Source of the DNA: an uncultured bacterium
Lineage (GTDB): Bacteria; Bacillota; Clostridia; Oscillospirales; CAG-272
Reading direction: 5' to 3'
NCBI GenBank assembly: GCA_945920215.1
Contig: CAMEJM010000008.1
Coordinates: 14,134 to 78,133 of the forward strand
DNA length: 64,000 bases
The first letter of the stretch is position 1, and every line of letters begins with the position of its first letter. The translations under genes and the position numbers were made by a program. The notes beneath the pieces are model-generated. The model worked only from the letters and a program-made list of their open reading frames with translations, was not told the DNA's origin and searched no databases. This document shows positions 42,079 to 51,805 of this stretch, one piece after another.

Positions 42079-43932
42079 ATGATGAAAACGAAGTGGAGAG
42101 TATGGATAGGAGTTGCCTGTATGGTATGCCTGCTTGTTCTTGGGCTGTCGTCCTGCGCCGAGGTTTCATATGAACTGAATTTTATGGTGGACGACGAGCT
42201 TTGGGACGTCGTCAGTACCGCGGGCGAGGAAACCATCACCATGCCGGATGACCCGGAAAAAGAGGGCTATGTATTTGACGGCTGGTACTGGGACAAGGCG
42301 TTTGAGCGCCCGCTGACCGCGCAGTCGCTTCTGGACGCGAAGCTGACAAAGGATATGTCGGTCTACGCGAAGTTCATCAAGGAGAGCGAGGTCCGGGACA
42401 CCCATACCGTCCGTTTTGATTCCAAAGGCGGAAACGCGGTGGACCCCAGAACCGTTACCGACGGAGAAAACACGTCGGAGCCGGTAAAACCGGAGTTGAC
42501 CGGTTATCGGTTCCTTGGGTGGTACCGTGACGAGGGCTGTACGCAGGGGTGGAACTTTGCGCGCGATACCGTGACGGAGGATATCACGCTGTATGCGAAA
42601 TGGGAGACGGTCTCCTATCGGATCACTTACCAGGGCGAAAAGGGCGCGGTGAACACCAATCCGTCGGACTATACCATTGAGAGCGAGACGATTCTTCTTT
42701 CGGAGATCGCCGCGGAGGGGTATACCTTCGACGGTTGGTTTGACAAGAACGGCGCCGAGGTCACCGAGATTGCTTCCGGCAGACATGAGGATATCACGCT
42801 GGAAGCCCGTTGGACGGCAAGGGAATATACTCTGTCGGTCACCTCCGGGGAAAACGGCAGCGTCACGGGCTCCGGCAGGTACGCCTACGACAGTACGGTG
42901 ACACTCTGCGCTACGGCGGAGGAGGGGTACTGTTTACAGGGCTGGTACCGTGACGGGGAGTTCCTTTCCCCCGCGCCGACCTACCGGTATCGGATGGGCT
43001 TGGACGCAACGGTGACCGCAAAGTTTGAGACGCATGAGTTCACCTACCGTTCCACGACGGCAACCTGTACGAGAGCGGGAATCTCCACCTATGCTTGTAA
43101 GCGTTGCAACGCCGAAGAACAAAAAGAGGAAGCGGCTCTGGGACACACCTGCCAGCTCAACGGATATTGTCGCCGCTGCGGCTCGCTGAACTTCATCCGC
43201 TGCGATAAGGACGGCACCATCAATGAAAACGGCGAGTATGTGCTGTTCGGTATGTATCCGCAGTCGCTCATTGAGGACGAGGTGAAGAACAGCGAGAATT
43301 TCGAACCGAGCTGGGCGGGTTACGCAGTTTGGCGAGACCCCGATACCCATGAAAGGGTGTATTACAAGGGGGTCGTGGCATCGCCCCAAGAGGCGGGATA
43401 CAAGTTCTCAAACGGGGAAGTCATTGAGGAAGGAGAGATGTATTGGTTCAAGGTGGAGCCGATCCGCTGGCGGATTGCGACCGAAAAGGACGGCACGGCG
43501 ATGCTTGTCTGCGACTCAATTATCGCTACCGGGAGCTGGGACACTATCGAATTCTTCCTGAAGGAGTTTTATACCTATGATTCTGCTTGGGAGTGGGGCG
43601 GCTTTTCAAATGCGGCTTTTTCGGAGGAGGCATATAAAGCCATTGTGCCCGGTGCGGACGGCTCCAACCCGATCAGACTGCTGACCTGGGGGGAGGTTCA
43701 GAACAGCGACTACGGCTTTTCCACGCATTCTCAGAACGCAGCGCGTCACATGATGGTCAGCGACTATGCGCGCGCCTGCGGGGCATATATTGACACGCGG
43801 ACTTGGAACTACGGACGGGGGTACTGGAAGCTCGCCGGGGACGGCGGATATGTAAAGCCGTACGGTGAGATGGCCCTATCTAACGCCCCGGAGAGTATCG
43901 GGGTTGTCCCCACTCTGTGGCTGAAATGGTGA
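42079..43932 (+). CDS. Surface lipoprotein with Listeria-Bacteroides (InlB B-type) repeats and a Cys-rich/DUF6273-like C-terminal region
   Basis: Lipobox LGLSS-C. Four repeats of the type GYVFDGWYWD, GYRFLGWYRD, GYTFDGWFDK and GYCLQGWYRD. A Cys cluster follows (CTRAG..YACKRCN...HTCQLNGYCRRCG), then FKVEPIRWRI. Confidence 0.85.
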   Translation: MMKTKWRVWIGVACMVCLLVLGLSSCAEVSYELNFMVDDELWDVVSTAGEETITMPDDPEKEGYVFDGWYWDKAFERPLTAQSLLDAKLTKDMSVYAKFIKESEVRDTHTVRFDSKGGNAVDPRTVTDGENTSEPVKPELTGYRFLGWYRDEGCTQGWNFARDTVTEDITLYAKWETVSYRITYQGEKGAVNTNPSDYTIESETILLSEIAAEGYTFDGWFDKNGAEVTEIASGRHEDITLEARWTAREYTLSVTSGENGSVTGSGRYAYDSTVTLCATAEEGYCLQGWYRDGEFLSPAPTYRYRMGLDATVTAKFETHEFTYRSTTATCTRAGISTYACKRCNAEEQKEEAALGHTCQLNGYCRRCGSLNFIRCDKDGTINENGEYVLFGMYPQSLIEDEVKNSENFEPSWAGYAVWRDPDTHERVYYKGVVASPQEAGYKFSNGEVIEEGEMYWFKVEPIRWRIATEKDGTAMLVCDSIIATGSWDTIEFFLKEFYTYDSAWEWGGFSNAAFSEEAYKAIVPGADGSNPIRLLTWGEVQNSDYGFSTHSQNAARHMMVSDYARACGAYIDTRTWNYGRGYWKLAGDGGYVKPYGEMALSNAPESIGVVPTLWLKW

Positions 43933-43977
43933 CCGCGCGGGCGGGTGCCGGAAATCAAACGAAATCTTTCTTTTGCG

Positions 43978-44004
43978 GGAGCCGGGAAACCGGCTCCTCT
44001 TTTT
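43978..44004 (+). terminator. Intrinsic terminator
   Basis: GGAGCCGG-GAAA-CCGGCTCC followed by TCTTTTT. Confidence 0.75.
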
Positions 44005-44130
44005 GCCGTTTGCCGCAGAGCGCATCGGGAAGACGGGCGCAAGCGGGGTTGCTTAGCAAAGGAGGCGGGCAAAAAGGGAAATAGCAGGCGGGGGACGGAT
44101 GGCATATACTGCAACAAGGAGAGAGAACAT

Positions 44131-44772
44131 ATGGAACAGTACAGATGCGAAAACCTGTTTGATTTACATCACACCCTTGCCGCCCCGATCCTGGAGGGGG
44201 AATACCCTTGGGACGCCTTGGGAGACTTGGGAGACTGGATCGCGGAGCTGGGTCCCACTCTGCCCGCGGAGGAATACGAGGAGCGGCAGCCGGGCGTCTG
44301 GGTAGCGCGGGACGCGAAGATCGCCCCCGGTGCTTTCATTACGGCGCCCTGCATCATCGGAGCGGGGACGGAAGTGCGGAACGGCGCCTTTCTGCGCGGC
44401 TCCGCGCTGATTGGGAAGCGGTGCGTCATCGGCAATTCCACAGAGGTCAAGAACGCCATCCTCTTTGATGAGGTCAAGGTGCCGCACTACAATTACGTGG
44501 GGGATTCCGTACTCGGCTGGCGGGTGCATCTCGGCGCGGGGACGGTACTTTCCAACACGCGGTGTGACCGCGAAAAGGTGGTGGTGCGCACCGACCCGCC
44601 CGTCACCACCAACCGCCGCAAGCTGGGCGCCGTTCTCGGGGACGGCTGCGAGGTGGGGTGCAACTGCGTGCTGAATCCCGGAACGGTCATGGGGCGCGGG
44701 TGCATTGTCTATCCGCTGACCTCGGTGCGGGGCGTATGGGGCGCGGACAGCCGCGTCAGCGGCAAGCGCTGA
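44131..44772 (+). CDS. Left-handed beta-helix (hexapeptide-repeat) protein, GlmU C-terminal-like
   Basis: Hexapeptide repeats are present (IGAGTEVRNGAFLRGSALIGKRCVIGNSTEVKNAILFDEVKVPHYNYVGDSVLG...). ATG at 44131 follows an AAGGAGAGAG Shine-Dalgarno. It lies immediately upstream of glmM. Confidence 0.8.
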   Translation: MEQYRCENLFDLHHTLAAPILEGEYPWDALGDLGDWIAELGPTLPAEEYEERQPGVWVARDAKIAPGAFITAPCIIGAGTEVRNGAFLRGSALIGKRCVIGNSTEVKNAILFDEVKVPHYNYVGDSVLGWRVHLGAGTVLSNTRCDREKVVVRTDPPVTTNRRKLGAVLGDGCEVGCNCVLNPGTVMGRGCIVYPLTSVRGVWGADSRVSGKR

Positions 44773-44781
44773 GGTGCCGCC

Positions 44782-46191
44782 ATGGGCAAATACTTCGGAA
44801 CGGACGGCTTCCGCGGTGAGGCAAACCTTTCGGTCACGGCGGAGCAGGCGTTTTTGCTGGGGCGTTTTCTCGGCGGATACCTGCGCGCCGAAAAAGAGAA
44901 GACAGGGTGCGGGGAGGAGGGCGTTCGCGCCGTCATCGGCAAGGATACGCGCCGCTCCAGTTATATGTTTGAATACGCTTTGGCGGCGGGGCTGACGGCT
45001 TCGGGCGCGGACGCGTACCTTTTGCACGTGACTACCACCCCCTCGGTTTCCTTTGTGACGAGGAGCGAGGGCTTCGACTGCGGGATTATGATTTCCGCGA
45101 GCCACAACCCTTACTCGGACAACGGCATCAAGCTGCTCGGCAGAGGCGGGGAAAAGATGGAGGAGGGGGTCCTCCGGCAGGCGGAGGAATATCTGGATCT
45201 TTTCGCTTCGCCTGCGGCAATCGAATGGGAAAAAGGGATTTCTCCCGCTCCGTATCCGCACGCACGCGGGCGGGAAATCGGGCGGTCGGTGGACTTCATG
45301 GCGGGGCGGAACCGATACATCGGTTATCTGCTCTCGCTTGCCACCTTTTCCCTGCGCGGCAGGAGAATCGGACTTGACTGCGCCAACGGCAGCGCGTGGA
45401 GCATTGCCCGCGCGGTCTATGACGCGCTCGGCGCGACCACATACGTCATCGGCGCACAGCCGAACGGCACCAATATCAACGAGCACTGCGGCTCCACGCA
45501 CCCGGAGCAGTTACAGGCGCTGGTCAGGGAAAAGGGTCTGGACGCGGGCTTCGCCTTTGACGGCGACGCCGACCGCTGTATTGCCGTGGATGAACGCGGC
45601 GAGGTGGTGGACGGCGACGGGATTTTGTATATCTGCGCGCAGTATCTCAAAGAGCGCGGGGAGCTTTGCGGCGACACGGTGGTGGGGACGGTGATGGCAA
45701 ACCGGGGGCTTGTGCGGGCGCTGGCGCGGGAGGGAATCTCCTTTGCGGAAACGCCGGTGGGCGACAAATACGTCTATGAATATATGAACGCGCACGGCTG
45801 CTGCCTCGGCGGCGAGCCGTCCGGGCATATCATCTTCTCCAAGTTTGCTTCCACCGGGGACGGCATTCTGACGTCTCTGATGCTCATGGAGGTCATGCAG
45901 GAACGCAAGAGCCGCTTGTCCGCGCTGGCGGCGCCGCTTGTCAAAACGCCGCTTCTGACCCGCAACGTGCGGGTGAAAGACCCTGTGGCGGCGCTTGCCG
46001 ACCCCGCGCTCGGCGCGGCGGCAGAGGAGGCGCGGCGGCAAATCGGGGACGGAGGGCGCCTGCTGCTCCGTGCCAGCGGGACCGAGCCGGTGGTGAGAAT
46101 TACGGTCGAGAGCGAAAGCGAGGAGCTGTGCCGCGCGTGGTGCGAGGCGCTGGAAAACGTCATTCGCGCGCAAGGTTACGGGGAGGGATAA
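44782..46191 (+). CDS. glmM: Phosphoglucosamine mutase
   Basis: YFGTDGFRG, the active-site motif ISASHNPYSDNGIK, FDGDADR and GGEPSGH are present. Confidence 0.95.
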   Translation: MGKYFGTDGFRGEANLSVTAEQAFLLGRFLGGYLRAEKEKTGCGEEGVRAVIGKDTRRSSYMFEYALAAGLTASGADAYLLHVTTTPSVSFVTRSEGFDCGIMISASHNPYSDNGIKLLGRGGEKMEEGVLRQAEEYLDLFASPAAIEWEKGISPAPYPHARGREIGRSVDFMAGRNRYIGYLLSLATFSLRGRRIGLDCANGSAWSIARAVYDALGATTYVIGAQPNGTNINEHCGSTHPEQLQALVREKGLDAGFAFDGDADRCIAVDERGEVVDGDGILYICAQYLKERGELCGDTVVGTVMANRGLVRALAREGISFAETPVGDKYVYEYMNAHGCCLGGEPSGHIIFSKFASTGDGILTSLMLMEVMQERKSRLSALAAPLVKTPLLTRNVRVKDPVAALADPALGAAAEEARRQIGDGGRLLLRASGTEPVVRITVESESEELCRAWCEALENVIRAQGYGEG

Positions 46192-46194
46192 GGA

Positions 46195-48027
46195 ATGTGC
46201 GGCATTGTAGGATATACCGGGTTTGAAGCCGCGGCGCCCCGCCTGCTTGACGGTCTTGAAAAGCTGGCGTACCGGGGCTATGACTCGGCGGGGATCGCCC
46301 TCCACGAGCGGGGCGGGCTTGTGACGGCGCGGGCGGTGGGAAAGCTTGGCGAGCTGATTGGGCTGACGCGCGGCGGCAGTATCTACCGCGGAACCTGCGG
46401 CATCGGACACACCCGCTGGGCAACCCACGGCGCGCCCGCCGCGCGCAACGCGCACCCGCACCTGTCGCAGGACGGCGGGGTGGCGGTGGTGCACAACGGG
46501 ATCATTGAAAACTACCGGATTCTGAAAGCCGAGCTGGAGGCGGAGGGGGCGGTGTTCTCCTCGGAGACCGACAGCGAGGTCATCCCGTTTCTGATAGCCA
46601 AATACTTAAAGCAGACAGGGGAGCCGGAGGAGGCGATCCGGCGCGCGACCGCGCGCCTTGTCGGGGCGTATGCCCTCGGCATTCTGTTCAGTGAATATCC
46701 CGGCCGCATTTACGCCGTGCGGTATCAAAGCCCGCTTGTGGCGGCGCACTGTGAGGGGTGTTCCCTGATTGCTTCCGACGTGCCTGCCCTGCTTGAATAC
46801 ACGCGGCAGGTGATCTATCCGGCGGAGGGGGAGGTGGTATGCCTGACCCCGGACGCCATGACGGTCACGAACGCGGACGGCAAGGCGGTGCGCCATTTGC
46901 CGCACACCGTTGAATGGGACAGCGCGGCGGCAAGAAAAGACGGCTACTCCTCGTTCATGGAGAAAGAGATACGCGAGGTGCCGCGCGCGATGGAGCAGAC
47001 CATACGCTCCCTGACCGACGGGGAGGGCAGATGCACCGATCTCGGGGGCGGCATTGACCCCGCGCGCCTGCGGGAGACGGAGGAGCTGTGCTTTCTCGGA
47101 TGCGGCTCGGCTTACCATGTGGGGGTGGCGGCGCAGTACTGTGCGGAAAAACTGCTCGGTATCCCGGTGCGGACCGAGCCCGCTTCGGAGTTCCGGTATC
47201 GGCGCGTCCCGCTTGCAAAGAATTGTCTGGCGGTGGCGGTCTCACAGTCCGGTGAGACGGCGGACACCCTCGCCGCCGTGCGGGAGAGCAGGCGCAGGGG
47301 CATTTATGTGCTGGGAGTGGTGAACGTCGTCGGCTCGGCTATCGCGCGTGAGACCGACGCGGTGCTTTACACCCGTGCCGGCCCCGAAATCGCCGTGGCG
47401 ACCACCAAGGCATACTGCGCGCAGCTCTGCGCGGTATATCTTCTGATTGCCGCGATTCTCCGGGCAAAGGGCAATGAGGAGGAGGCGCGGCGTCTGGAAC
47501 GCGCGGTGGCGGCGCTGCCTGAATGCGCTGCCGCGGTTGTCGGGCGCGCGGAGAAAATCATGACGCTTGCCTCAAGCCTTTCCGGGGCGCGGGACGCGTT
47601 CTTTATCGGGCGGGGAGCGGACTACGCCGCCTGCATGGAGGGGTCCTTGAAGCTCAAGGAAATCACCTATTCCCACGCAGAGGCATACGCGGCGGGAGAA
47701 CTCAAGCACGGCACCATCAGCCTGATTGAGGAGGGGGTACCGGTGGTGGCGGTACTGACTCAGCCGCATATTCTGGCAAAGACCCTGTCCGGCGCCGAGG
47801 AGGTGCGCGCCCGCGGCGCGCGGGTCATTGCGATAGCGGGCGAGGGGGTTGCCCTGCCGGAGGATTTTGCCGACAGGGACGTCATTTCCGTGCCCGTTCC
47901 GGACCCGGACGTCTCCCCCGCGGTCTCCACGGTCGCCATGCAGCTGCTGGCGCTTGGGGTCTGCCGCGCCCGCGCCCTTGACCCGGATCAGCCGCGCAAT
48001 CTGGCAAAGAGCGTGACGGTGGAATAA
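46195..48027 (+). CDS. glmS: Glutamine--fructose-6-phosphate aminotransferase
   Basis: MCGIVGY N-terminal nucleophile, two SIS domains (SQSGETADT) and a C-terminal KSVTVE. Confidence 0.96.
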   Translation: MCGIVGYTGFEAAAPRLLDGLEKLAYRGYDSAGIALHERGGLVTARAVGKLGELIGLTRGGSIYRGTCGIGHTRWATHGAPAARNAHPHLSQDGGVAVVHNGIIENYRILKAELEAEGAVFSSETDSEVIPFLIAKYLKQTGEPEEAIRRATARLVGAYALGILFSEYPGRIYAVRYQSPLVAAHCEGCSLIASDVPALLEYTRQVIYPAEGEVVCLTPDAMTVTNADGKAVRHLPHTVEWDSAAARKDGYSSFMEKEIREVPRAMEQTIRSLTDGEGRCTDLGGGIDPARLRETEELCFLGCGSAYHVGVAAQYCAEKLLGIPVRTEPASEFRYRRVPLAKNCLAVAVSQSGETADTLAAVRESRRRGIYVLGVVNVVGSAIARETDAVLYTRAGPEIAVATTKAYCAQLCAVYLLIAAILRAKGNEEEARRLERAVAALPECAAAVVGRAEKIMTLASSLSGARDAFFIGRGADYAACMEGSLKLKEITYSHAEAYAAGELKHGTISLIEEGVPVVAVLTQPHILAKTLSGAEEVRARGARVIAIAGEGVALPEDFADRDVISVPVPDPDVSPAVSTVAMQLLALGVCRARALDPDQPRNLAKSVTVE

Positions 48028-48102
48028 GGGCGCGATGCCGCGCGCATCGGCTTCCCGCCGTCGTAGCCTCCCGTTTATGGCTTGAAAGTGACACCCAATA
48101 TT

Positions 48103-48132
48103 GCCCCCGCACGGCGCGGGGGCTTATTTCTT
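48103..48132 (+). terminator. Intrinsic terminator after glmS
   Basis: GCCCCCGC-ACGGC-GCGGGGGC followed by TTATTTCTT. Confidence 0.6.
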
Positions 48133-48205
48133 ACCTCTGCCCTCGCCAAACGGCTTGGAGCCACAGTTTACTTCCGCTTTTTCCCATTTTCGCGCGTGCG
48201 GTGCG

Positions 48206-48234
48206 TTGATTTTACAGCGCGGTTATGATACAAT
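48206..48234 (+). promoter_or_regulatory. Sigma-A type promoter for the serine hydrolase gene
   Basis: TTGATT, 17-nt spacer, TACAAT. Confidence 0.6.
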
Positions 48235-48288
48235 AGGACAAAGACTGTAAGCCCGAGAAGAACCGAGCGGAAGCAGGAGGAAGCGCAT

Positions 48289-50148
48289 ATGAATCTGACG
48301 GTGACGCGGCGCGCGGCGGATTACCTGTACAAACTGTGCGTGAAGTGCAGCACCACGCCCGAGCAAATCGAGTACTACCCTCAGAAAACCGAGTCGATGT
48401 GGGGCAAAAAGCCGCAGGCAATGCCGCGCGCGGTGTCCCCCGAGAGCATGGGAATATCCTCCGCCTATGTGGAGGAGTTTTTGCACGCGCTGGAAAAAGA
48501 CCGGCATTCCAATATGCACAATCTGCTGATCTACCGCTGCGGCAAACTGATTTCCGCCGCTTCCGCGCCGGGGTACAGCCCTCTTGTGTGGTCCCTGACG
48601 CATTCCATGGCGAAAACCGTCACTTCCTTTGCGGTCGCCATGCTGCTCTCCGACGGGACGTTGACCTTGGACACCCCTCTCGTCAGTATTTTTGCAGACG
48701 AACTGCCGCCGATCGTGAGCCCGCGGATGCGCCGTATCACCGTCCGCCACTTACTGACCATGACCGCCGGAGTGACCGACGTGGGGGAGACCGCGTCCGT
48801 GACGGTCAAGGACTGGAAGCGCGCTTTTCTCGGCGCTCTGCCCGCTTCCGCGCCGGGCAAACGCTTTTTCTATAACAGTATGAATTCCTATATGCTGGCG
48901 GCGGCGGTGGAAAAACTCTCCGGCGAAAGCCTGGAGGGATTTCTGCGGAAACGCCTGTTTGCACCGCTCGGGATCCGCGACGTATTTATTGAGAAAAGCC
49001 CGGAGGGAATTGCCAAGGGCGGGTGGGGAATGTATCTCTCCCCCGTGGATATGGCGAAGCTGGGTCAACTTGTGTTGCAGGACGGCGTGTGGGAGGGGAA
49101 GCAGATTCTGCCCGCCGGATATGTGCGAGAGGCGACCCTTCCGCACGTCAGAACCGAGGAGGGCTACGGCGACTACAACTACGGATACCACCTGTGGGTC
49201 GCGCGCGACGACTCCGCCGTCCTGTTCAACGGAATGCTGGGGCAGAACGTCTGGATCTGTCCGCGTACCGAGATGGTCATTGTGTCCACCGCCGGCAACG
49301 ACGAGTTCTTTCAGCTCTCCACCACGCTTCGTCTGATCGCAAAGTATTTCGGGAAGGGTTTTTCCCCTGCCCCTGCCTCTTTGCTGCCCAATCTGATTTC
49401 GCTTTCCCACCTGCGCCGCGCGGAACAAAATTTCTTTTGCGCGCGGATGCAGCTGCCGCTCCGCAGGCGGCATGAGGACTGCTACTCCCGCCGCCGCGAG
49501 TGTCCGCTCCCCGACCGCGCTTATGAGATAGCCGGGGTCTATGAGGTCGAGAAAAACAACGTAGGGCTGCTGCCGCTGGTATTCCGTGCCATGCAGAACA
49601 ACCACAGCCCCGGCATCAGCCGCGTCGGACTCTCCTGCGATGACAAACGGTTTCTTGTGTCTGTGACCGAGGGGGAGACCGCGCGCGTTTTGGAATGCGG
49701 CTTCGGCACCTATCGCTGGGGGGAGCTGGAGTACAAGGGAGAGAAACTCCTTGCAGGAGCGTGCGCCGCTTTCATGCAAAACGAGGACGGGGAAGAGCTG
49801 CTCCGTATCGATCTGGTATTCCCGGAGCTGCCCAATTCCCGGCGCCTGAAATTCTATTTTCACGAGGGAAACAGAGTGGTCGTTTCCCTGTCTGAGGCGC
49901 CGGGGACGGATATGATCGACGCGGTGCTCGGCTCTCTTTCCGCCAATGCCGCCGTCAGCCCCTATCTGATTGACATCGTGCGCCGTCATCTTTCCGACGG
50001 GCAGATGCTCATCAGGCTCCTGCATTGCATGGAGCCCGTGCTGTATGCCACCGCCCAAACCGAGGGTACGGCGCAAGGGGAGCTCCCCGCAAAGGAAAAG
50101 GCGGTTGCCGTGCGGCGCCGTATCAGCGGGGCGAAGATCCGTCGGTGA
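48289..50148 (+). CDS. Serine hydrolase of the beta-lactamase/transpeptidase-like family with long C-terminal extension
   Basis: SxxK motif (HSMAKT) about 105 aa in, then YNS, then GGWG. The remaining ~250 aa are unassigned. Confidence 0.8.
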   Translation: MNLTVTRRAADYLYKLCVKCSTTPEQIEYYPQKTESMWGKKPQAMPRAVSPESMGISSAYVEEFLHALEKDRHSNMHNLLIYRCGKLISAASAPGYSPLVWSLTHSMAKTVTSFAVAMLLSDGTLTLDTPLVSIFADELPPIVSPRMRRITVRHLLTMTAGVTDVGETASVTVKDWKRAFLGALPASAPGKRFFYNSMNSYMLAAAVEKLSGESLEGFLRKRLFAPLGIRDVFIEKSPEGIAKGGWGMYLSPVDMAKLGQLVLQDGVWEGKQILPAGYVREATLPHVRTEEGYGDYNYGYHLWVARDDSAVLFNGMLGQNVWICPRTEMVIVSTAGNDEFFQLSTTLRLIAKYFGKGFSPAPASLLPNLISLSHLRRAEQNFFCARMQLPLRRRHEDCYSRRRECPLPDRAYEIAGVYEVEKNNVGLLPLVFRAMQNNHSPGISRVGLSCDDKRFLVSVTEGETARVLECGFGTYRWGELEYKGEKLLAGACAAFMQNEDGEELLRIDLVFPELPNSRRLKFYFHEGNRVVVSLSEAPGTDMIDAVLGSLSANAAVSPYLIDIVRRHLSDGQMLIRLLHCMEPVLYATAQTEGTAQGELPAKEKAVAVRRRISGAKIRR

Positions 50149-50298
50149 GGAAAAGAAATTGCAGGAAACGCAAATAATCAATGCAAAACTCTTTCCAAAC
50201 CATCAAAAATATGCTACAATGAGGGTGTTTCGCCGGAGAGAGTATCGGACGGCGGATCAGACAACACTGTTATTTCAAATCAGAAAGAGATAAATGGA

Positions 50299-51456
50299 AT
50301 GAAAATTTGCACAATGAACAAAATTGCCGCTTGCGGGACCGACCGCTTTGACGCGGCGAAGTATACCGTGACAGAGGAGCTTGCAGGCGCCGACGGCGTC
50401 ATGGTGCGCTCCGCCGCCATGCACGACATTGCCTTGCCGGACACTTTGCTGGCGATCGCGCGCGCCGGCGCGGGCGTCAACAACATTCCGCTCGACAAAT
50501 GCAGCGAGGCGGGGATCGCGGTGTTCAATACCCCCGGCGCGAACGCCAACGCCGTAAAGGAACTGGTACTGGCGGGGCTGCTGCTTTCCTCCCGCAAGGT
50601 GGTGCAGGGCGTCGAATGGGCAAAGAGCCTGAAGGGGCAGGCAGACGTCGGCAAGCTGGTTGAAAAGGGCAAGGGGCAGTTCGTCGGCCCCGAAATCAAG
50701 GGCAAGAAACTCGGCGTGATCGGCCTCGGCGCCATCGGCGTGCTGGTGGCGAACGCCGCCCTGTCTCTCGGTATGTCGGTTTACGGCTATGACCCCTATC
50801 TGTCCGTCAAGGCGGCATGGAACCTCTCCCCCGCCGTGCACCATGTGACCGACCCCGCGGATATCTATGCAAGCTGCGATTATATTACGGTCCACGTGCC
50901 GCTGACCCCCGAAACGCGCGGTATGCTGAACGCGGAATCCTTTGCGGCAATGCGCGACGGCGTGCGCGTGCTGAACTTCTCCCGCGATTCTCTTGTGAAC
51001 TCCGCGGATATGCTCGCCGCACTTGCCTCCGGCAAGGTGGGCGCCTATGTGGTGGACTTCCCGACCGAGGAAATGCTGGGGGTGGAAAACGTGATCGCCA
51101 TCCCGCACCTGGGTGCTTCCACACCGGAGAGCGAGGACAACTGCGCCGTGATGGCTGCCGATGAATTGATGGATTACCTGGAAAACGGCAATATCACACA
51201 TTCGGTCAACTACCCCGACGTCAGCGCCCCCCGCACCTCTGCCTGCCGCATCTGCGTACTGCACCGCAACGTGCCGAATATGCTTGCCAGCCTGAGCGCT
51301 TTGGTATCCGGCGAGGGAATCAACATTGAATCCATGCTCAACAAATCCCGCGGGGAATACGCCTACACCATCCTGGATGTGGCGAAGCGCCCCTCCGACG
51401 ACACCGTTTCAGCCCTGAACGGCGTGGAGAACGTCATTCGCGTCAGAGTCCTGTAA
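50299..51456 (+). CDS. serA: D-3-phosphoglycerate dehydrogenase with C-terminal ACT domain
   Basis: NAD motif LGVIGLGAIGVLVA and catalytic HLGAST are present. The C-terminal ACT-like segment is RICVLHRNVPNMLASLS...YTILDV. Confidence 0.88.
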   Translation: MKICTMNKIAACGTDRFDAAKYTVTEELAGADGVMVRSAAMHDIALPDTLLAIARAGAGVNNIPLDKCSEAGIAVFNTPGANANAVKELVLAGLLLSSRKVVQGVEWAKSLKGQADVGKLVEKGKGQFVGPEIKGKKLGVIGLGAIGVLVANAALSLGMSVYGYDPYLSVKAAWNLSPAVHHVTDPADIYASCDYITVHVPLTPETRGMLNAESFAAMRDGVRVLNFSRDSLVNSADMLAALASGKVGAYVVDFPTEEMLGVENVIAIPHLGASTPESEDNCAVMAADELMDYLENGNITHSVNYPDVSAPRTSACRICVLHRNVPNMLASLSALVSGEGINIESMLNKSRGEYAYTILDVAKRPSDDTVSALNGVENVIRVRVL

Positions 51457-51478
51457 GGCGTCGGTATATCTGTTTTTC

Positions 51479-51514
51479 AGTGCCGCACATTCGCTGTGCG
51501 GCACTTTTTGTTTT
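51479..51514 (+). terminator. Intrinsic terminator after serA
   Basis: AGTGCCGCACA-TTCGC-TGTGCGGCACT followed by TTTTGTTTT. Confidence 0.75.
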
Positions 51515-51776
51515 GCGCTTTTGCGTTCGAACGGAAAGCAAACTTTGCATATCGAAAATATAACAGGAATGTTAAGTGAGCTTTACAAAACAATGAAAAG
51601 AGAAACAGCGCGATGCCATCAAAAGAACAGGGAGGGGGGCGCGATCCCACGGTCGTTGGCGAAGAATGTCGAAAACAGGCGCGGCACCTTCCGTTTTTAT
51701 GAATTGCGCGCAGCGCGTGTATAGAGCGCACGCGTATCACTAATATTATATACGTATATCAAATAAAAAGCCGCTG

Positions 51777-51805
51777 TTGACATTTAGTTCATAAAATGAT
51801 ATAAT
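51777..51805 (+). promoter_or_regulatory. Perfect consensus sigma-A promoter of the polysaccharide locus
   Basis: TTGACA, 17-nt spacer, TATAAT, inside a conspicuously A/T-rich block. It lies 250 nt upstream of rfbA. Confidence 0.7.

Noticed and set aside
44004-44130. glmS ribozyme upstream of the glm operon
   Set aside because: Only loose string resemblances exist (AGCGCA, GACGGATGG). I could not reconstruct the P1/P2/P2.1 pseudoknot core, the element would be shorter than usual, and it would not be adjacent to glmS. I left it as an open question in the findings rather than annotating it.
50220-50298. T-box or riboswitch in the serA leader
   Set aside because: The leader after the TGCTACAAT -10 is only about 75 nt. 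It has one plausible hairpin (GGTGTTTCGCCG...CGGCGGATCAGACAACAC). It is far too short for a T-box, and no known riboswitch core is recognisable.
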